From NCBI RefSeq assembly GCF_009914755.1, contig NC_060927.1: 64,000 nucleotides of DNA; one strand, written 5' to 3'. Both the position numbers and the translations under genes were made by a program. The notes beneath the pieces were generated by a model. It was given only the letters and a program-made list of their open reading frames with translations. It ran no database searches and was not told the origin of the DNA. The DNA comes from the human T2T-CHM13v2.0 reference genome, Homo sapiens. This document shows, in pieces, positions 56,723 to 64,000 of the stretch. The first letter of the stretch is position 1. Every line of letters starts with the position of its first letter.

Positions 56723-59700
56723 AAGGCAGATAGTGCACATGAATTCCAGCCTGGGATCCTCCTAAAAACCTGTATTGTGGATCCAGTTTTTAATAGCATG
56801 ACTCACAACACTTTCTTTCCAGTCCGTCAATTACATTTGAATTACCAAGATCTGCATCACTTCACTTTGCTACTTGCTTGCTCAGCACATGATAGTTCCT
56901 TCATAAAACTGCAATACTTTCTTTTTACTCTTCCTTTTCCTACCTGCCCCACCCTACAAAAATAGGATGTTCATGCACAGAAGGACAATAAACCACTGCT
57001 CTATAATTAGCAGTTTGTTCTTGCCAGTGCCATTTGGTTTCTAATACAAGACCAAACAGGAGAACATAAGAGTTTTACGACCCTGAGTGAGGTAAGGGAC
57101 CTCTCTCTCTTCAGCCTCAGTTCACACAGTATAAAGACAAAAATCATGGCAACCTAATAGGTTTTTGTCAAGATTAAATTAGATAATGTGTATAAAGCAC
57201 CCAGCACTGTGCTTGACACAATGTTAGCCTATAATCAACTCTGCCAGTCTCCAATCAGGCCTGATGTTGTAGATAGATAATAGGGTTAATGTGTAAAAGA
57301 GTGTATTATCACAACACATATTCAAAGAACAACATTTTTTAAAGTTACCTTTATCGTGCACATATTAAGTGTCACTACGCATATATTCACTTACTCTAAT
57401 CTTTATAAACAATCTTAGAGAAAAAAAGGCATCAATATTCCCATTTTCACATAAAGAAACTGATATTTACACAAGTCAAAGATGATGACTGGCATTTAAA
57501 TACAGATTAGTCTGTCTCTGACATCTACACTTTTAACTCCAGGAATATTTGGGGATCTCTAAGCAGGGAATTAAAGAAAACTTCGCCAGCTCCCCCCATC
57601 TTCATAAGCAGAAGAACAGCCAATTATAGCACAGATTTCATTTGGTCACTTTCATTATCAACAGAGAACATTCTACGACAGAGTTTGCCAACAGAGCTCA
57701 TCACAACAGACTGCTTCTAAGGCCTGCCAAAGAACAGGACTCTAGACAGTCTCGCTTTCTTTAACCAGAAACAAGAACTCTCTTCACCCCTATTTTATCT
57801 CTGTGTCCCCAAAAATTATACCATTGGCAGCTGCCTTTTTGCAGACCTTCTAGGAAGCAAAACAATAACATTATTGAATGCTGACATCCTCTTCCTAATT
57901 AACATGCAGAAATATGCAACCCATAACTCCAATTTGAAATGTCACCCTGGCACTGCACTTCTATGCTGAAGGAAAACCTTTGCAATGCTCAAAGTGTATA
58001 ATCAGCCTCTTCTACCCAGAGGCATTTGTAAAACAGCCATGTCTGGATCCCCACCCTCCACTGAATAGTTCATCCCTTGTAAACTCTCTCCTAGAGAAGT
58101 CCCAAGGGCTGGCTGAGGCAGTGACCTGTCTTGCAGAGCAAAAATGTCAACAGAAAAAAAAAGAAAAGCAAGGGAAAAGGGAAATGGTTCAGCTGATTTA
58201 TTTTAAGCACCATATCAAATAAATAAGCTCAGTGCCACAATTAGGAAGTTGGGCCAAGTTGGAAAGATGTGCTTATTCTTGTCTTCTTTACCTTGCTTTG
58301 ATGCCAATTCTGTTCAGTGACAGAATGAGGAGCTGGTTCAAATTGTAAAGCAGAGATCAATGACAAACTCTACTAATAACTTCTATGCCTTGTGAGGGAT
58401 GATAATCAGATTCTTTACATCGCCAGGAAGGGGCTCTACTCTGTTGGGAGTATAATGCTACTCTCAGCATTACAGCTGTCGGTGGATAGAAAGTTTCAGG
58501 ATGGAGTCCCTGCCCGGCAAACCTACCCCAATTATAGTATTTTTTATTTTCACAAATGGTACCACTATCTATCCAGTAATAGAAGACAGAAACTAGGAGT
58601 TATCTTAGGAGGATTGTCATCATCTGTCTTTTCTACCTCGTTCTCACAATAACCAATACATTAACAAATTCAGCTTTTCACATAAATATCTCCAGATTCA
58701 GCTGACTATTTACCACCACCATCACCAACGTGGTTCAAAGCCAACTCCAACTGTGGTTGCCAGATGAAATGCAAGACAGGGTGTTCCGCGTTTTTATTTG
58801 CTAAATCCAGCAACCTAACTCCAGCTCAACCATCAGATCTCACTTCAATTACTACTTCTACAGAGGTACTTTTTCTTGATTCCACAGACATCCACTCTCC
58901 CTGTCTTATGGTCTCCTTTAAAGACCTTCGCACACTTACAATTGGATATTCGTTTATTTAAATAAAGTGTCTTGTTCACTAGACATTTAAGACCCATAAA
59001 GACAGTGACCACAACCATATCTGCTTTTGTTCAGCATTTTATCTTTAATGAATAAATGAATGAACTCACAAACTAGTAACTGAGGCTACAAAAGAAGCAT
59101 TACTTTTCAGGCAAAGGGAAATAAAAGCATCCCAGTCCTGCAACATTTGGCCAGGCTATGTCCCTAACTCCCTGAAGTATCTTAAAGCAAGCTCTCTCTG
59201 GATTTCAGTTCTATCATCTGAAGAAACTAACTTTACTGCATTTCCAGCTGTAAAGTCCTACAACCAACCAATGTAAATCAAGCAAATATTGGGCCTGAAA
59301 GAGAATTCTGAAGGTTACTGGGCCTTGAGGCTTCACTGGTTCACTCTATTTGTCTGCCATCTTGCCTGTCATAGAATGTATCCACAAAAGAAGATCACCA
59401 CTCCTCTGCATAACATCCTCTTTGGGAAGATTCAACATGATGATTCTTTTTTAAAGGAGCTTAACTCTTAAGACCTGCTTTGCTTTGTGAAGTCAGCTGG
59501 TGAGGACAGAGATCTTGTTGAGCAGGTCCTCAACCTTCCTTTCAGAAGCTTTTATTCTAAAACTGGAGCCACCAGCCATGTGTGGCTACTTAAATTTAAA
59601 TGAGTTTATGTTGAATTAAAGTTAATTTAAAACTTGGTTTCTCAATCACAAGAACCACTGGCTGCCATAATGGACAGTACAGAATACTGAACATTCCCAG

Positions 59701-60001
59701 CATGGAAGGAAGTTCTTACAGGATAGCAGTGGTTCTAAGGGAAACAGGGTGTGCTTGCTTCCCCTCCCTTTCTAGAAGCCATCCTTCTAATCCTCTCTTG
59801 GTTCATCATCACATCGTTCTCTGTGGATTCAGGCCCCATGGCCCATGCTGATTACTAAACTCAAACACCATCTCCCAGCCTCTCACCTGACCTAACACAG
59901 TCCTCCCATAGCTTCGCCTCCTCTAGGGAGTCTGCCAAAACTAGATGAAGCTTTCTATAAGCTTCTGGAGCGCTGTGTAGTTTCTCTCAAAACACTCATA
60001 A

Positions 60002-60312
<311 letters not shown>

Positions 60313-60362
60313 TACTCATCACTTTTCTTAAAATTGTTTACATTCATTCATTCATATATTAC

Positions 60363-60642
60363 ACAGAGTCTTGCTCCTGTTGCCCAGGCTGGAGTGCAGT
60401 GGTGTGATCTTGGCTCACTGCAGCCTCGAACTTCCCAGGATCAGGGGATTCTCCCACCTCAGCTTCCCGAGTAGCTGGGATTACAGGTGCACGCCACCGT
60501 GCCCAGCTCATTTTTGTATTTTTTTATAGAGATGGGGTTTTGCCATGTTGCCCAGGCTGGTCGCGAGCTCCTGAGCTCAAGCAATCCTCCCACCTCAGCC
60601 TCCCAAAGTGCTGGGATTACAGGTATCCGCCACCACGCCCAG
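60363..60642 (-). mobile_element. AluJ-like
   Basis: Reverse-complement consensus. Confidence 0.93.
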
Positions 60643-60689
60643 CAAAATTGTTTATGTTTAATCTGCCTCACAAGACTGAGTGTGGGAAG

Positions 60690-60905
60690 AGTGTAGACTC
60701 TGTGGCCAGAGTGCCTGAATCTGAATCCCAGCTCTATCTTTGATTTACCATGTGAACTAAGAAGAGATTACTGGCATTTCTGGGCCTCATACTCCTCTTC
60801 TGTAAAATGGACATAAATAGAACCTACCTCATAGGCTTGTTAGGAAGATTAAATGAATTTGTGCATATAATGCACTTTGAAGAGCACCTACTATGTGCCA
60901 CACAA
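60690..60905 (+). mobile_element. MIR SINE
   Basis: ctgaatcccagctct...ctgtaaaatgg...acctacctcatagg...gattaaatga. Confidence 0.75.
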
Positions 60906-61119
60906 GCCCTAGCAAAAATAATTAATTAAAAAACATAAGCACCTTCAAAGTCAGGTAGTTTTGGTCTACTGCCCTGTACATCATATCCCTTGCCTCACAA
61001 AAAAAGTCTGACCTGAAATAAATACTCAATAAATATTTGTTGAAATAAACTATATATGCATTAAAAGGCTTGCTTTAAAACTGTGCTGCCAGAAACTTAC
61101 CCTATAGTTATGCTCATAA

Positions 61120-61600
61120 TTGCGTAACAATATACTTGAAGCACTGTTTATAACACGACCACCAAAAACAGAAGGGGGAGGTGAGGCAGGGGACATTTAA
61201 AATGTCCATCTGCAGGGGGCTGGTTAAATAAGTTATATATTTATATACAGATAGACAGATAGATACATAGATAGATGTAGAGATATATATATACTCATTC
61301 ACTGGGACACTATGCAGCATTTATAAAGAATGAGGTGAAACTGTATGCGGTAATGTGGAAAGATCTCCAGGGTATGTTAAGGGCAAACGGCAATAACAGA
61401 GTGAAGTAAACGAGATATACATATATGTTGTGTACATATAAGTTTTCTGAATATTTGCACTAGCATCTTTAATAGTGGTTACCTATATGGAAGAGGGGAA
61501 ACAAGTAGGACTTAGCTAGTTTTAAGGCTTTTGCTGTAGGAACTATTCCATCATGTACACTTATTACTGTTACTTAAACATTTATATATGTCTTCCTTTA
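61120..61600 (+). mobile_element. Old L1ME-like 3' fragment
   Basis: aaatgtccatc...ggttaaataagtt...tatgcagc...gtggaaagatctccagg. Confidence 0.55.
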
Positions 61601-62236
61601 AAGAGTGCTTTGTGTTGTTGTGGTAGACTTTTCCTCTCTGGAACCAGCAGAGGTCTGGAGAAAGCAATTTCAGGAGGGGAAAAAAGATGGTGAGTACCTG
61701 GGAAGTAAATAAAGACATTTTACTGGCAAATCTGCTGGTTTACTGACTAGTAGAGGGGAAAGGGATCCACTACGGGAGCAATTTTGAACTAGGTGCGTGT
61801 AAATACAAAAGCTAATGCTGAAGGAGAGCTTACATGTGTCAGACACTCTGCTAAGCCCTTTCCAATTATTGTCTCATTTAGCCCTACCTCTGAGGAAGCA
61901 CTATTATTATCCTCATTTTACCAATGGGAAAATGGAGACATGCAGCATTAAGCAACTTGCCGGAGGGCACACAGCTCAATAGCAAAGGGGCTGAGAATCA
62001 AACTCAGGCAGTGTGACAGCAGGGCTTGCATGCTTGTTAGCGTCCACCAATAGACAGCAGCCACCATCAGGGGACTTGTCCAGGGGAGGCAAAGACAGTG
62101 GAAGTTCTCTAAATGTCTTTCCAGCCCTACTCCGATGAGGGTATATGGCATTTAATAAACATTCCATTTGGCTCTCAGCTTTTAAGAGTCAATATAATAT
62201 ACTCTGGTCAGTTCCAAAAACTTATGAGCCATCTCG

Positions 62237-62689
<453 letters not shown>

Positions 62690-64000
62690 TCACAAAGGCA
62701 CCGTTTTCTACAAGACAATCAGACATTTTCTGAAAACCATTCCTCTACTGCTATACACCAGGAAGTTAGCTTCAAGTACTAATGGGTTATTTTCCTTAGC
62801 TTCTTAGTTATATCTAGGATATTCTTCGGGTTTTTAGGAAAGAGTGTAGGATCTGAGAGTCACACTGAGCTGGGTTTGGTTCCTTCTCTAGCATTCTAGA
62901 ACTGGCTGTGCAACTCTGAAATAGTTATTTAATACCACTTGGCTTCAGTGTCCCCATCTAAAAATTCAGTGAAGATAATAGCCGTCTCTGTTGCAATGAT
63001 AAAATTAAATGAGAAAAAGAACTGACTCCACCTATATATCATTTGTTCCATTAACATCGAATAAAGTGAGTTTACTTTCCATCTTCCAAGTTAAATTGGA
63101 GTCTAAATCACAAGTTTTTCCTTTCCGACCCAATCCTCTTTTGCTTTGTACAACCACTCCCACCCCAGCCTCTCCAAAAATGCAAATAGATGTTTTATAT
63201 ATTTGACGACTGAAGCCCCCCAGATGGGCATAATAACTGATTGCAGATGAGGACAATTCTCTCTCTGCTAACCAAAGAGGAGTCACACATGCTCTCCTCT
63301 TCACATGTACAACATGTGAGGACAGCATGCTGACAACATGTTGAAGAAGCTCCTTGTACCTTCCCGCAGCCCCCCTCCCTTCCCTCTATACACTCCTAGA
63401 CCTCGATTACTCTCAGACCCCTGCCCAGCCCACCAGCCACCCAGTCACATCCCAACATGTAGTTTCAGGAAACTAAGCCAACTGATAATTAGCAACACTC
63501 AAAAACAAACAAACAAAAATTCCTGATTCATGAGCAGGAATTTGATTAATATACACTGTCTACTGTATATTCACAATTTGGAAAGGAGCAGTATGTACAA
63601 AGACAATGCTCCTTCCCGTCTTCTCCAAAGAACATCAAACCAGAAACAGCCATCTCTAAGATTCATGATCATGATATGAGTGTTAGTCACTGTAACAGAA
63701 GCAATTATCACATTAAAGCTATAATGTCCCTAATAAAATAATAATCTACTTTGTATTTACCCTTTATGTTTAAGTCTAATCTTTAAAATGCCCCGTGAAT
63801 GCCTAATAAATCCAAATTTTAAAGAGTTTGTAAAGAGATACACATAATAACTTGACCAAGTTAATAATCTGTCCTAGTTAATAGTATCATTACACCACTT
63901 CTGCCTCAAATAATAATAACACTCCAAAAAGTAATCAAGCTATAATACTGTTTTCAGAAAAATGTGACTTTTTTCCACCACATTTGGCTTTGACCCAGCA

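Overview
Primate (very probably human) genomic DNA, AT-rich and repeat-dense, lying entirely inside the MAGI1 gene (BAIAP1/AIP3; membrane-associated guanylate kinase with inverted domain order) on the minus strand. Nine coding exons can be placed with GT-AG boundaries and a continuous reading frame (exons 4-12 by my recollection of the canonical numbering). They encode the end of the GK-like region, WW1, the WW linker, WW2, a 21-residue interrupted polyQ tract, PDZ1 and PDZ2. The introns hold many Alus, MIR/L2, DNA-transposon MITEs and a ~12 kb nested L1 block. Most interesting: (1) an apparently extra in-frame 45-nt cassette exon 124 nt upstream of the 36-nt WW-linker exon, which itself has a triple tandem acceptor and three RBFOX sites, suggesting a splicing-tuned WW1-WW2 spacer; (2) one L1PA insertion showing a likely 3' transduction, a 5'UTR-ORF2 template jump and two Alus inserted at the same site with a triplicated TSD; (3) a ~278-bp local templated duplication that captured an Alu tail. 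Repeat subfamily calls are from memory of consensus sequences and their boundaries are approximate.
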